64,000 bases of DNA from contig CAZDZV010000004.1 of the NCBI GenBank assembly GCA_964510025.1, forward strand, positions 611 through 64,610, written 5' to 3'. The first letter of the stretch is position 1; each line of letters starts with the position of its first letter. This DNA is from an uncultured Methanosarcinales archaeon. GTDB lineage: Archaea; Nanobdellota; Nanobdellia; Woesearchaeales; DATDXC01. Positions 28,286-38,204 of this stretch are shown piece by piece. Position numbers and translations under genes: made by a program. The notes beneath the pieces are model-generated. The model searched no databases and was not told the DNA's origin. It saw only the letters and a program-made list of their open reading frames with translations.

Positions 28286-29866
28286 ATGAGAGATGATATT
28301 GCATTGGGGGGAGATTTTAGTTCTACTGGTGTCACTGTCAGGGCTGTGAATATGGGGACTATGGAGATTCTTGACCGTCATCAGATAGCTGTGGATGAGA
28401 TTGCAGAAAGGATGGGTTACCGAACCCATGAAGGCATGCTGGTCGGGCCAGGAGGAGAATACACTCTGCCTGGCGAGGTGGTTGTGGAGGGTATTGAGAC
28501 TGCTATGGATATGGCTGCGCAACAAAGCAGTTTCCGGCCTGATGATGTTGTTGCGATGTCATGGTCGTTCCAGGGGCATCATACTGATTGGTGGACAAGG
28601 GCAGCTATGGATATTCTCGCAGACCCTGATCCGGATGTGCGCTTGGCAGAGCAGCTGAAAGGAAAATTTAGCTGTGATGGCCCTACATGGAAAGACGCTT
28701 CAACAGCTGCGGAGACAAGGCAGCTAAATGAGGCCATGGCAGCTCATGGCAGGCCGGTGATTGTTATGGCTGAAAGGTTCCCTGGCCCGCAGATATTCAA
28801 AAGAGCAGGCACCCCTGCATACGAAGACGCTGCGATGATAACATGCGGCAATGCAACTGCATCATATGTCATAACAGGCATCCCGTCCTTCTCTGGTCCA
28901 GGAGACGCTGCTGCATCCGGCTTCGTAAATCTTGAGACACTTGCCCTGGACCCAGAATCCATGAGTTTGATCGCTGCAGACCTGCATACCAAGATCAGGC
29001 AGGTCACTCATTCAGGATCGGAGATAGGTAAAGCATCCCCGTATTTCCAGAGCAAGGGCTTCACAAACCTGAGGTTATATGTAGGTGACCAGGACAATAT
29101 AAAGTCAGGAGCATATCTCTTGTTTGGGCCTGATGTGATACAGATCAGCCTTGGAACATCATATACTATTTCAATCGTCTCAGAAAGATATCTGCCTGGG
29201 TTTGAAGGCAATTTCGCAAGCAATGATGCTGAATTTCCCTATTTGTTGCTGCTCTGCAAGAGGATGGGATCAGACAGCATCTCAGAGGTCTTAGCCATGC
29301 ATCATTACAGAAAAACAGATTTTGACCGTGTAAGCAGGTCGCTGAGGGCAACTCATGTCGGCAATGACGGAAGGATGGCTTTGCCTTGGTTCCAGCCAGA
29401 AATCATTCCATATGCCCCTCATGCACCAGGTATGATACGCGAGGGCTACTCAAGGCCAAGCTTCCGCCATGACATACGGGCAGTGATAGAGGGCAATTCT
29501 GCATCTATGCGTCTTGCCACTGAGCGCTACCTAACTCAGGTAGAAAGCATGCACGCTTTATCATTTGCAGGAGGAGCTGCTCAGAACCCGGACATAACAC
29601 AGATATGGATCAATATGTTCGGGCTGCCGGGGTATTTCATGGAGCATGTTGAGGATGCTGCAGCGATAGGGGCTGCATTGACAGCTATGGCTGACCATCA
29701 GAACAATCATGGACAGCAGACTACACTATCATCTGTTGTGCAGAGATTCCTATCGGTAAATAAGCCCAGGGTGGTGCACCCAGATATGGATGCTGCTGGG
29801 ATCTACATAAAAGAATATCTACCAATGTTTGAACGATTTGAAGGAATGCATGCGCAGGGGAGATAA
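28286..29866 (+). CDS. FGGY-family carbohydrate kinase (xylulokinase-like)
   Basis: 'VIQISLGTSYTI' resembles the FGGY N-domain signature. 'FAGGAAQNPDITQIWINMFGLP' resembles the C-domain signature. Confidence 0.7.
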   Translation: MRDDIALGGDFSSTGVTVRAVNMGTMEILDRHQIAVDEIAERMGYRTHEGMLVGPGGEYTLPGEVVVEGIETAMDMAAQQSSFRPDDVVAMSWSFQGHHTDWWTRAAMDILADPDPDVRLAEQLKGKFSCDGPTWKDASTAAETRQLNEAMAAHGRPVIVMAERFPGPQIFKRAGTPAYEDAAMITCGNATASYVITGIPSFSGPGDAAASGFVNLETLALDPESMSLIAADLHTKIRQVTHSGSEIGKASPYFQSKGFTNLRLYVGDQDNIKSGAYLLFGPDVIQISLGTSYTISIVSERYLPGFEGNFASNDAEFPYLLLLCKRMGSDSISEVLAMHHYRKTDFDRVSRSLRATHVGNDGRMALPWFQPEIIPYAPHAPGMIREGYSRPSFRHDIRAVIEGNSASMRLATERYLTQVESMHALSFAGGAAQNPDITQIWINMFGLPGYFMEHVEDAAAIGAALTAMADHQNNHGQQTTLSSVVQRFLSVNKPRVVHPDMDAAGIYIKEYLPMFERFEGMHAQGR

Positions 29867-29869
29867 AAA

Positions 29870-30928
29870 ATGGTGAACGTTCTAGCAGAGCCGGAAGTTA
29901 TAATAGCTGGATTTGGAGATGAATATTCTTATTTTGCAGAAGAGCATCTGGCGTTTCTTGGAGAGAGGAGCATCCCGATCTCCCTGAGATTTGTCAGCTT
30001 TGATGATGATGCCAGGCTCGGATGCCTTGATGGGCTTACCAGAGAGGAGTTCAGCAGACGCACAGCTGCGTTGAAAGAAGCAGGGAAGATCAAGCATGTG
30101 ACCCAACTGACAGCTGATGAGCTTGATAGATATAAAGACATGATGCACCAGCATGGCGTGGGCGTGTGGGATATAGGCTCTGCAGTGGGCAAGCAGTATC
30201 TGGGCGATCCAGCTCATGCAGAGGAATATCAGCGCCAGCAGGAAAATACGATAAGGGTTGCCCATTTCTTTGGGACACCCAGGGTCAGGATGTTTAATTT
30301 CTATCCCGGAAGAAAAGGAGACCTTGCCCGGCCAGGAACCCCACAACGCCAAGAGTATGCACAGATGGCCTTAGGATATATCCAGGACCTGGCTGACCTA
30401 ATGAGAAGGGAAGCCTTGGCCGGCTTTTTAGAGGTCGAGACTGAGCTTCTTGGGCATGACGGGGCTTCCCTGATGGACTTCTGGAAAAAGGTAGGCAGAG
30501 ATAATATCTTTCTTTATTTCGACGGAGCCAACATGGTGAGACAGGATGAGCAAAGGCAGGGATTGTCTTTGCAGACCTACAATGACATGGTTCCTGGCCT
30601 TGGCGGGCTGCATATAAAAGATGCTGTCTACAGCAGACTGGAGCCTGGGCAGTCAAGAGAAGAAGCACCATGGCCTCATGTGCCGGTCGGGCAGGGCGAT
30701 GCTGATTACGAGCTTGTGCTTCAGGATTTCAGGGAGAGGATCCATTCAGTACGGTCCAGGTTGGAACATGCGCGATTGCCCGGGTATGTGGGTGTGGTTC
30801 TTGAGCCGCATCTGAAAGCCCCTGGCCAGTTCGGAGGATTTACTGGTTCATTATACCAGAAAGCCGTAGATGCGCTGGTTGAGCAGTTGGGGATAGCGCA
30901 TATTGGGCATCAGGATCTAGCAAGGTGA
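29870..30928 (+). CDS. Sugar-phosphate isomerase/epimerase (xylose-isomerase-like TIM barrel, AP-endonuclease-2 family)
   Basis: Length and scattered E/D/H metal-ligand pattern ('FLEVETELLGHDG') resemble that family. Weak call. Confidence 0.4.
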   Translation: MVNVLAEPEVIIAGFGDEYSYFAEEHLAFLGERSIPISLRFVSFDDDARLGCLDGLTREEFSRRTAALKEAGKIKHVTQLTADELDRYKDMMHQHGVGVWDIGSAVGKQYLGDPAHAEEYQRQQENTIRVAHFFGTPRVRMFNFYPGRKGDLARPGTPQRQEYAQMALGYIQDLADLMRREALAGFLEVETELLGHDGASLMDFWKKVGRDNIFLYFDGANMVRQDEQRQGLSLQTYNDMVPGLGGLHIKDAVYSRLEPGQSREEAPWPHVPVGQGDADYELVLQDFRERIHSVRSRLEHARLPGYVGVVLEPHLKAPGQFGGFTGSLYQKAVDALVEQLGIAHIGHQDLAR

Positions 30929-30932
30929 CTAT

Positions 30933-32174
30933 ATGGTTCTGAATGTAGCTTTAGCAGGTGTTAAGCCGTGTGGCGTGTCAGCTGCTCATATGGACGCGAT
31001 CGCCAGCCTGCAGGCTGAAGGCCTGGTAGAGCTGGTTGCGCTGGCAGAGATGAATCTCAGCAACCTCCATCCAGAAAGATGGAAAGGCCCGGCAAGGGCG
31101 CTGCTTGAGGGTGATGCTCGGCTGTATGATGACTTCAGCAATATGATGCAGCATGAGCGTGTAGATGCTGTCACAATAGCAACACCCCACCATCTCCATG
31201 TGCCTATGGCTGCTGAAGCTCTTGAAAATGGGTCCCATGTTTTTCTGGAAAAGCCGCCTGCACTGACCATGGGCAGCGGAAGAGAGCTTTTGTCTTCAGG
31301 CAAGACAGTAGGAGTCAACTATATGTATGCTGCTGCTGAATCTGCGCTAGAGCTTGCAGCAAGGATAGCTGACCTTGGAGAGCTTACCCATATCGTAGGC
31401 ATCGGCAAGTGGATGAGATGGAAAGAGTACTTTTCTAGAGCATCCTGGGCTGGCAAAGCATTTGTTGATGATGTTCCTGTACTGGACGGCTGCCTATTCA
31501 ACCAGTTTGGCCATCTGCTCAACCAGATCCTCATGTTTTCCGGTGCATCGCCTCAGGCTGTAAGAGCCGAGCTGTACAGGGGGCACACCTCGACAGAGAT
31601 GGAAGACACAGCCTGCTTAAGCATAAGGACAGATGGGCCTGAACTTCTGTTATACTGCACTGTCTGCCATACACAGGAGGAGCCGTATGAGGTCTATATT
31701 TACGGCTCAAAAGCTAGCGCTCACTGGACTCCTGGCAGATATGAGATCAGAGACTTAGAGGGCCGGACAATAGAAAAAAAGACATTCAAAGAGACATGGG
31801 CCTCTCTTATCCAGAGGAACTACAGGGACTTCATAGCGGCAGTGCAGGAGCAACGAGAGCCGATTGTAGCTTTAGAAAGAGGATTGCTGCCGACCCTCAT
31901 AGTAAACGCAGCCTATGTTTCTGCAGGCTATAGCATAAGGCAGGTGCCTGAGCACGCCATGGTTGAGCCCTACCAGGCAGAAAAACCAGGCACTACAGCC
32001 GGCATCCAGACAGACAAGGTTACAGTTGTCCCTATCCGCGCAGTTGGCCAGCTGATAGATGATGCATCCAAGATGCGTAGGATGTTCAGCGAGATGTCTG
32101 GCTTATCATGGGGAAGGCAAACAGGATATGTATCAATATCTGGTCTTGAATTTGATCCAGGGAGGTTAAGATGA
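30933..32174 (+). CDS. Gfo/Idh/MocA-family NAD(P)-dependent oxidoreductase
   Basis: 'VDAVTIATPHHLHVPMAAEALENGSHVFLEKP' is the classic Gfo/Idh/MocA 'ATP-x-x-H...EKP' segment. Confidence 0.75.
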   Translation: MVLNVALAGVKPCGVSAAHMDAIASLQAEGLVELVALAEMNLSNLHPERWKGPARALLEGDARLYDDFSNMMQHERVDAVTIATPHHLHVPMAAEALENGSHVFLEKPPALTMGSGRELLSSGKTVGVNYMYAAAESALELAARIADLGELTHIVGIGKWMRWKEYFSRASWAGKAFVDDVPVLDGCLFNQFGHLLNQILMFSGASPQAVRAELYRGHTSTEMEDTACLSIRTDGPELLLYCTVCHTQEEPYEVYIYGSKASAHWTPGRYEIRDLEGRTIEKKTFKETWASLIQRNYRDFIAAVQEQREPIVALERGLLPTLIVNAAYVSAGYSIRQVPEHAMVEPYQAEKPGTTAGIQTDKVTVVPIRAVGQLIDDASKMRRMFSEMSGLSWGRQTGYVSISGLEFDPGRLR

Positions 32175-33439
32175 CGATAGATGTCACAGTAGGCGGGCTT
32201 GCATGCTTAGATGTTGTGCCAGACATATCCCGAAGCAGGCAGGTAGTAGAACAGATATTTGGCATTGATGCCTCAAACGTGAAGCCTGGGCAGCTATATT
32301 TCCTTGATAAGCCCATACCTGCTGAGAAAGCAACCCTTTTCTGGGCACTTGTAGGGGACGCAGTAGTAAATGCAGGCGGCATTGTCTCTAACACAGGCGG
32401 CTCTTTGCACAGGCTGGGTTTTGATACCAGACTGATGACAAGGTTAGGGATGGATACAATCGGTGAAAGGATAGCTGATATCTATACGCAAGCTGGCTAT
32501 TCTGCTCAGTTTAGCAGAGAAGGCTCGACATCCTTCACTGTAGTTGCAAATCTGCCTGCTGGAAGATCATTCTTCCATTTTCCCCTGAGGCAATGGGGCT
32601 ATGACGATATTGACTTCGATGTTGTCGGAAACTCCAAGTTTTTTTTGGCTGGCTACCCCAACCTTATACAAAGCCTTTGGCAGGGTAATGGAGAAGGGCT
32701 GGGTAGAATATTAACAGAGGCTAAAAAAAGGGGGGCAACCACCATGGTTGACTTCTCCAACATAGACCCGTCCAAGCCGCCCAGCCAGGGTGATTGGGCA
32801 TCTATCCTGAGGAACTACACAATGGATATCTTTTTTCCAAGCGCAGAAGAAGGCATGTACATGCTGATGCCTGATAGGTACAGGCAGGTATGCGGCCAAA
32901 GGGACAGCTATAACAGCACCAGGCCGGAAGATGAGCATAAGTCCTTTGACAGCTTTGTCACATACGACGATGTCGATGAGCTCACAGGAATCCTTATCAG
33001 GCAGTATGGTGTATCCATAGCAGGCGTTAAGATAGGTGAAAAGGGATTCTACCTTAAGACAAGAAAGCAGCCTGTTGTACATGACCAGCTCGGCAGGGGA
33101 TTAGAAGGGTTTAGAGAATATGGAAGGGAATATTATTTTCCAGCTTTCCAGCCGAGGCAGATAATGGGCACAACAGGGGCAGGAGATGCACTTATTGCGG
33201 GTTTTCTTGGCGGGATGAGCAGCCGCTATGAGCTGGAAGAAGCTGGCTTGTGCGCAGTCATGGTTGCAGCAGAATGCCTTGAAGCAGCTGATTCCACGAG
33301 CAGCATCAGGAGATGGGTAGCTACCCAGGACAGGATAGTGCATACAGGTCCGCTAGCTGCCCTTGATCTGCCCGGTTCTTTTTCAGCCAAGAAGATCAAC
33401 AACAAGGGCTATCACGCATATCATAAAGATGTACGATAA
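32171..33439 (+). CDS. PfkB/ribokinase-family carbohydrate kinase
   Basis: C-terminal 'GTTGAGDALIAGFLGG' is the PfkB 'DTxGAGD' signature. ATGA overlap with the upstream gene. Confidence 0.8.
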   Translation: MTIDVTVGGLACLDVVPDISRSRQVVEQIFGIDASNVKPGQLYFLDKPIPAEKATLFWALVGDAVVNAGGIVSNTGGSLHRLGFDTRLMTRLGMDTIGERIADIYTQAGYSAQFSREGSTSFTVVANLPAGRSFFHFPLRQWGYDDIDFDVVGNSKFFLAGYPNLIQSLWQGNGEGLGRILTEAKKRGATTMVDFSNIDPSKPPSQGDWASILRNYTMDIFFPSAEEGMYMLMPDRYRQVCGQRDSYNSTRPEDEHKSFDSFVTYDDVDELTGILIRQYGVSIAGVKIGEKGFYLKTRKQPVVHDQLGRGLEGFREYGREYYFPAFQPRQIMGTTGAGDALIAGFLGGMSSRYELEEAGLCAVMVAAECLEAADSTSSIRRWVATQDRIVHTGPLAALDLPGSFSAKKINNKGYHAYHKDVR

Positions 33440-34643
33440 TTTCCAGACAGCAATTGCAGCAGCTGCATATATTACCTCTAGGATTGCTTCATCTTCTCCG
33501 GTCGCATTGCAAGACAAGAGGACATTAACGATTGGCTCTAAGAGGATATATCTCCCTGAGCTTGACGGCGCTTCAAGGCATGTCGTCGATGTAGAGGATA
33601 TAGTCCTGAGAGTAACTAGTAACCACACTTTCGAGGTTGATGATTACCGAGATGATTACAGGCCAGCTGAGAAGGTAAGAAGGGCTCTTGCAAGGACCGG
33701 CTTCACTCCCCGATCAAGATTCAGCCGACGTCATGCGAGGAATCTTGAGAGATATGGCTATCTTTTTGACGAGCAAAGGTGGCACCGCCATCTTGAGCAT
33801 ATAGTAGAGCATAATCCTGAAGCAGAGCCTCTTGCCAAAGCTGCCCATGGCTATGATATCACAATGGTAAGCCAGGCATATATTGATATGCTTATCATAA
33901 GGGAGGGCTTCCTGCCCAAGCTGGGAAGGGCTGCGCTGGTTGCGGGCGCCGGAGCAGCTGCAGGAGCCGGTCTGGCAGCATTGCACCATATAAGCCCGGC
34001 AGTGCAACAGCTATGGGAGCATTATGTGGATCTGCTCCATTTCAGCGAATTTAGCTCGTATTGGGCAAATATGGGCGTAAGAGCAGCAGCCAACACCGCA
34101 ACTGTGCTTGCTTCATTCCTTTTGGGAGATATTTGCGCGCAGTATATAGAGGGCAGAGGCTTTGACAGCAGACGCTTCGCAAATACAGCAAGGACAACAA
34201 ACAAATATGGGATTGAATTTACAGCTGTCTATGAGCTTCTTAACATGATGCCAAAAGCCTTGCTAGGCAGCGAAGCCCTTGGCTCTCTTGCAAAGGCAGT
34301 AGTTGATGTTGTCGGCTACGGGTGCAGCATCGTCCATCCAAGGCATGTCTATCTTATGTCTCAGGAAAAGCCGGATTGGTTGTGGGGGCATTTCAGGTAT
34401 GTCCGCTCCATACAAGCTGCGCTTAAGGACAGGAAGCTCAGGAAAAGATGGTGGATGATGAACAAGGGAGCGATGTTCTGGATCCCTTTCCAGACCTGGA
34501 ACAGGGTTGCTAATGCGCCTGAGGAGGCTGTATTCTATGTTTCATTGGCAATGCCTGTCTGGACCGTATTCATGTCTTTGGTGTCCAACCAGAAAAGGGA
34601 TCTGCTCGAGCTTGAGCAGGCGATGGCTCTGTTAGATAGGTAA
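33429..34643 (+). CDS. Hypothetical protein (~405 aa), Ala/Gly-rich hydrophobic segments
   Basis: Long ORF overlapping the pfkB end by 11 nt. No recognised motif. Confidence 0.4.
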   Translation: MYDNFQTAIAAAAYITSRIASSSPVALQDKRTLTIGSKRIYLPELDGASRHVVDVEDIVLRVTSNHTFEVDDYRDDYRPAEKVRRALARTGFTPRSRFSRRHARNLERYGYLFDEQRWHRHLEHIVEHNPEAEPLAKAAHGYDITMVSQAYIDMLIIREGFLPKLGRAALVAGAGAAAGAGLAALHHISPAVQQLWEHYVDLLHFSEFSSYWANMGVRAAANTATVLASFLLGDICAQYIEGRGFDSRRFANTARTTNKYGIEFTAVYELLNMMPKALLGSEALGSLAKAVVDVVGYGCSIVHPRHVYLMSQEKPDWLWGHFRYVRSIQAALKDRKLRKRWWMMNKGAMFWIPFQTWNRVANAPEEAVFYVSLAMPVWTVFMSLVSNQKRDLLELEQAMALLDR

Positions 34644-34689
34644 CAAAATCTTTATAAATGAACATTCTGTTCCAGAATATCGTGATACA

Positions 34690-35703
34690 ATGAAGAAACT
34701 AAAAGTAGGCATATTCGGGGCAACAGGCATGGTAGGCCAAGAGCTCCTGAAGGTTCTTTTCGGCAGAAATTTTCCAATCGAGAAGCTCAGATTGTATGCT
34801 TCCTCACGCTCTGAGGGAAAGCATCTTGAGACACCCATGGGGACCATCACAGTGGAGAATGCAGACAAGGCAGATTTTTCAGAGCTTGACATGGCTTTCT
34901 TCGCTATCGGCAAGGGCTGGCCAAAGGAAAACGCCCCGAAGGCAGTTGAAGCAGGCTGCATTGTGATTGATAATTCATCTACTTTCAGGTATGATGACGA
35001 TGTTCCGTTGATCATCCCTGAGATAAATCCTGATGCTCTAGCTGATTCAAAGCTGATAGCGAACCCCAACTGCACAACAGCCATAGCTGCTATCCCGCTA
35101 TGGGTTATCTACAGGAACTTTGGGTTGAAGAAGGTCATCATATCCACATATCAGGCAGCAAGCGGAGCCGGGAACGGCGGCATGGAGGAGCTTGAGGCAG
35201 AGACCAAAAAAGCGCTGGATGGCGAAAAGCCAGGCAGCATGATATTTGCATATCCTCTTCCCTTTAATGTCATTCCGCATATAGACAGCTTTCAGGACAA
35301 CCAGTACACAAGGGAGGAGATGAAGGTGGTCTGGGAGACGCATAAGATATTTGGAGACAGCAATATACCCATCTCATGCACCTGTGTGAGGATCCCCACG
35401 ATGAGGACGCATTCTGAATCTATCGTGGTTGAGACTGAGAAGCCTGTGGACCCGGATAAGCTGAGGCAGCTGCTGAAGAAAACACCTGGCGTCAAGGTCA
35501 AGGATGATCCGGCAAACAACATCTACCCTATGCCTATGAATGCAACAGAGCAGTATGATGTAGAGGTGGGAAGGATAAGGCAGAACCTGATATTCAAGGA
35601 CCATGGCATAGAGTTCTTCGTTGCAGGCGACCAGATCCTGAAAGGCGCTGCCCTGAATGCAGTGCAGATAGGGGAGCTTATTGTGAAGCAGCGCTTCGGG
35701 TAG
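34690..35703 (+). CDS. asd: Aspartate-semialdehyde dehydrogenase
   Basis: 'KVGIFGATGMVGQELL' NAD-binding N-terminus and active-site 'IANPNCTTAIAA'. Confidence 0.9.
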   Translation: MKKLKVGIFGATGMVGQELLKVLFGRNFPIEKLRLYASSRSEGKHLETPMGTITVENADKADFSELDMAFFAIGKGWPKENAPKAVEAGCIVIDNSSTFRYDDDVPLIIPEINPDALADSKLIANPNCTTAIAAIPLWVIYRNFGLKKVIISTYQAASGAGNGGMEELEAETKKALDGEKPGSMIFAYPLPFNVIPHIDSFQDNQYTREEMKVVWETHKIFGDSNIPISCTCVRIPTMRTHSESIVVETEKPVDPDKLRQLLKKTPGVKVKDDPANNIYPMPMNATEQYDVEVGRIRQNLIFKDHGIEFFVAGDQILKGAALNAVQIGELIVKQRFG

Positions 35704-36694
35704 GGTAAGCTATACTGTGCACTGCAGCCACAATCCTTGCTTCCGCCCAAAAATATTTTCTTTCCAGCCAGTTCATCTTGGCTCTGCTTATGCCCCAGAC
35801 AGTGAAAAAACCCTCTGAATCTCTTGTCAGTGCAGTGTCATAGCCGCTGTCATCCAGCCTCAGCGCCAGATCCAGGCTTACACCATAGCTGTAGGCATCC
35901 ATGAGCAGCAGGTTGGCTTTTTCTGCTCCATGATGCACCTGCCTGTAAGCCCTTTTCCAGGCTGCAGCCACCTTGTGTGTCAGTGGCAGCTTAAGGTATT
36001 TGAATTCCTTTTCTGAGAGCCTGTCGTAGCAGCATCTCTTCAGGTATACAAAATCAGCATTTTGCCTGGCTGCAAATGCAGCTGCATTGTCAGTGGCATC
36101 GCCGCAGGCCCGCAGCGCCACTACCAGCATCGGGCCAGCCATAGACAGAATATCCTCATAGGGCACAGACTCTGTGCCTCTTCCATAGGCAGCTGTTGCA
36201 GCTCCGCTGGTTGCAGCTATCTGGCCCCTGGTGTCTATTGTGCCGTTTAAGAAAAAGGCGTTTTGTATACCGAGCTTTAATGCTCTTCTTATAGCTGGTC
36301 CGTTCTGGTCGATGCCCAAAAAGTGGCTATAGGCCAATACATCCCTGAAGCCCTCCTGTACCATCTGCATGACATCTCCTTCTCCGCAGCATAGCTCAAC
36401 TATAACAGAAGGCCTGTGCTCATCCAGCAAAAGAACTTCCAATACGCTTGAGTAGCTGTGCTGGTGGGGTATCCATATTTTCCTGTAATCTCTGAGCAGC
36501 TCATTTGTGGCTGCAGGTGCTTTTAAGCCGCTTACCATATCTGCAATCAGACTGCCCACTGACAGCTCTTCAGCGATATCATGTCTGACATATAGGTGTT
36601 TTCTGGCTTGCTCTCTGTCAAACAATCCTACGCTGTGTTTCAGCAAGAACTCTTCTGTATGCTTTAGCCTTCGCTCCAGCCTAGCCCTTTTCAT
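35678..36694 (-). CDS. Putative class I SAM-dependent methyltransferase-like protein
   Basis: 'SVIVELCCGEGDVM' resembles methyltransferase motif I (hh-D/E-hGCGxG). 338 aa. Weak call. Confidence 0.35.
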   Translation of the reverse strand: MKRARLERRLKHTEEFLLKHSVGLFDREQARKHLYVRHDIAEELSVGSLIADMVSGLKAPAATNELLRDYRKIWIPHQHSYSSVLEVLLLDEHRPSVIVELCCGEGDVMQMVQEGFRDVLAYSHFLGIDQNGPAIRRALKLGIQNAFFLNGTIDTRGQIAATSGAATAAYGRGTESVPYEDILSMAGPMLVVALRACGDATDNAAAFAARQNADFVYLKRCCYDRLSEKEFKYLKLPLTHKVAAAWKRAYRQVHHGAEKANLLLMDAYSYGVSLDLALRLDDSGYDTALTRDSEGFFTVWGISRAKMNWLERKYFWAEARIVAAVHSIAYPTRSAASQ

Positions 36695-36746
36695 GATTTT
36701 AGGATATTAGGCTCATTTAAAAAATTAACTATTAAGAAATAGTAAA

Positions 36747-36965
36747 CTATTTTTTCTTCTTTTTCCTTGTTTTGCGCTTCTTGGCTGGCCTGACGCTTCT
36801 GAGCACTTTCTTTGCATTTGCTCCGATGATGGCTATTCCCAGGCCGATCAGCAGAAATGCCCACCAATACTCCTTGTTGAATCCAAGATACACAACAGCC
36901 AGGAAGATAAATATCAGGGAAGCAGAAAGATACAAATCTCCTATTACTGTTTTTCTTAGTTTCAT
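36747..36965 (-). CDS. Small membrane protein with poly-Lys tail (72 aa)
   Basis: Two hydrophobic helices then 'RPAKKRKTRKKKKK'. Could be an artefact of an A-rich spacer. Confidence 0.25.
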   Translation of the reverse strand: MKLRKTVIGDLYLSASLIFIFLAVVYLGFNKEYWWAFLLIGLGIAIIGANAKKVLRSVRPAKKRKTRKKKKK

Positions 36966-36997
36966 CCTAAACCTCAGAATAAAAGAAAAAAAAGGTT

Positions 36998-37489
36998 TTA
37001 TGGAACCTTTACGATCAATTCTCCAGCTGTAGACTTGTCAAAATCCTTTCCACCTGGGTCAATCGTATACTTCAAAGAGATTGTTGCTTGTACTTTTTCA
37101 TCATCGTCAGCTAGATCATCGCATGTTCCAATTGAACCATCACGATCGAAAACCACAGTGCCAACATCATTTGTTCCACCTGTTTTATCAAGTGACACCG
37201 CTCCCGCCTGTGCCAAGCAACTATTAGTGTCGTCTTTTATCTCTGAAGTATCCAAAATATCCACATCATCATTCAGGGTGTTCTTAATCTTCAAGCTAAG
37301 TGTACCTGTAGTAGCGCTCCATTTGTCACAAAACAATCCGCTCCCGGTTGGCAGCGTACATTTCTCAGGCAGCATCTCTGTCGGCTTGATGAAATACATC
37401 AATGCGCCTATGGCAATAAGCACAACTAAAATAGCCCAGCCATAGGTCATCAAGAATTCCATAGCAGCTTGTCCTTTTTTTATCATCAT
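36998..37489 (-). CDS. Archaeal type IV pilin-like protein with class III signal peptide
   Basis: 'MMIKKGQAAMEFLMTYGWAILVVLIAIGALMYF': basic leader, Q at +1, E at +5 (QAAMEF). Same 5' context 'aagaggtgaaaaaATG' as the upstream paralogue. The ORF track extends the N-terminus by 10 aa. Confidence 0.75.
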   Translation of the reverse strand: MMIKKGQAAMEFLMTYGWAILVVLIAIGALMYFIKPTEMLPEKCTLPTGSGLFCDKWSATTGTLSLKIKNTLNDDVDILDTSEIKDDTNSCLAQAGAVSLDKTGGTNDVGTVVFDRDGSIGTCDDLADDDEKVQATISLKYTIDPGGKDFDKSTAGELIVKVP

Positions 37490-37502
37490 TTTTTCACCTC
37501 TT

Positions 37503-38099
37503 TTATGGTATCTTAACAATCAGTTGACCTGCTGTGACCTTAGCGAACCCAACAAGTGAATCTGCATCTGCGCCTGCGCCACCGGGTGCGCTATCAGCCC
37601 CAAGAGAAATTTCATCTGTAAAATTCAAACTCACTTGCCCTTGTAATTTTTCGCCAGCAACTATAAGATCGGTAGCAGCACCATAGCAGGTGTCAGCTGC
37701 ATCTTCATCAGCAAGTCCATCCCTACCAAAAACAACTGTCGCTGTACCTTCTTTAGGCAATTGAACAGATACATCTGATGGGTTAGTATATCCCACTAGA
37801 TCTGAATCGACATTTGCATAGCACCTGTCCCCATCATCGTTTTCAATAAAAGACGTGGTTGATACATACAAAGGCTCAGTCATTGAGTTCTTAATCAATA
37901 AAGTAATCTCTGATCCAACTGAATCAGCGCCCCACTGTTCGCAAAATATTCCGCTTCCAGTTGGCAGCGTACATTTCTCTGGTATCATCTCAGTCGGCTT
38001 GATGAAATACATCAATGCGCCGATTGCAATTAAAACAACCAAGATTGCCCAGCCATAAGTCATCAAGAATTCCATAGCAGCTTGAGCTTTTCTTCTCAT
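37503..38099 (-). CDS. Archaeal type IV pilin-like protein with class III signal peptide (paralogue)
   Basis: 'MRRKAQAAMEFLMTYGWAILVVLIAIGALMYFIKPTEMIPEKCTLPTGSG'. The first ~45 aa are nearly identical to the neighbouring gene. C-terminal '...GQLIVKIP'. Confidence 0.8.
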   Translation of the reverse strand: MRRKAQAAMEFLMTYGWAILVVLIAIGALMYFIKPTEMIPEKCTLPTGSGIFCEQWGADSVGSEITLLIKNSMTEPLYVSTTSFIENDDGDRCYANVDSDLVGYTNPSDVSVQLPKEGTATVVFGRDGLADEDAADTCYGAATDLIVAGEKLQGQVSLNFTDEISLGADSAPGGAGADADSLVGFAKVTAGQLIVKIP

Positions 38100-38160
38100 T
38101 TTTTCACCTCTTTTGTTGACATTTGTAGGAACATAACCTACTTACCTTATCTTTGGCACA

Positions 38161-38180
38161 ACTTATATATAAACTTTTTG
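38161..38180 (-). promoter_or_regulatory. TATA-like element upstream of the tandem pilin genes
   Basis: The minus strand reads 'tttatatataagt', ~65-75 nt upstream of the ATG at 38099, with SD 'gaggtg'. Confidence 0.25.
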
Positions 38181-38204
38181 TTTTTGAATATACTAGTATA
38201 GGGA

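Noticed and set aside
18200-36700. A sharply GC-distinct genomic island
   Set aside because: Spot counts by eye give only a modest difference (~54% vs ~47%) with large local variance. I cannot compute windowed GC or codon statistics, so the island is proposed from gene content only.
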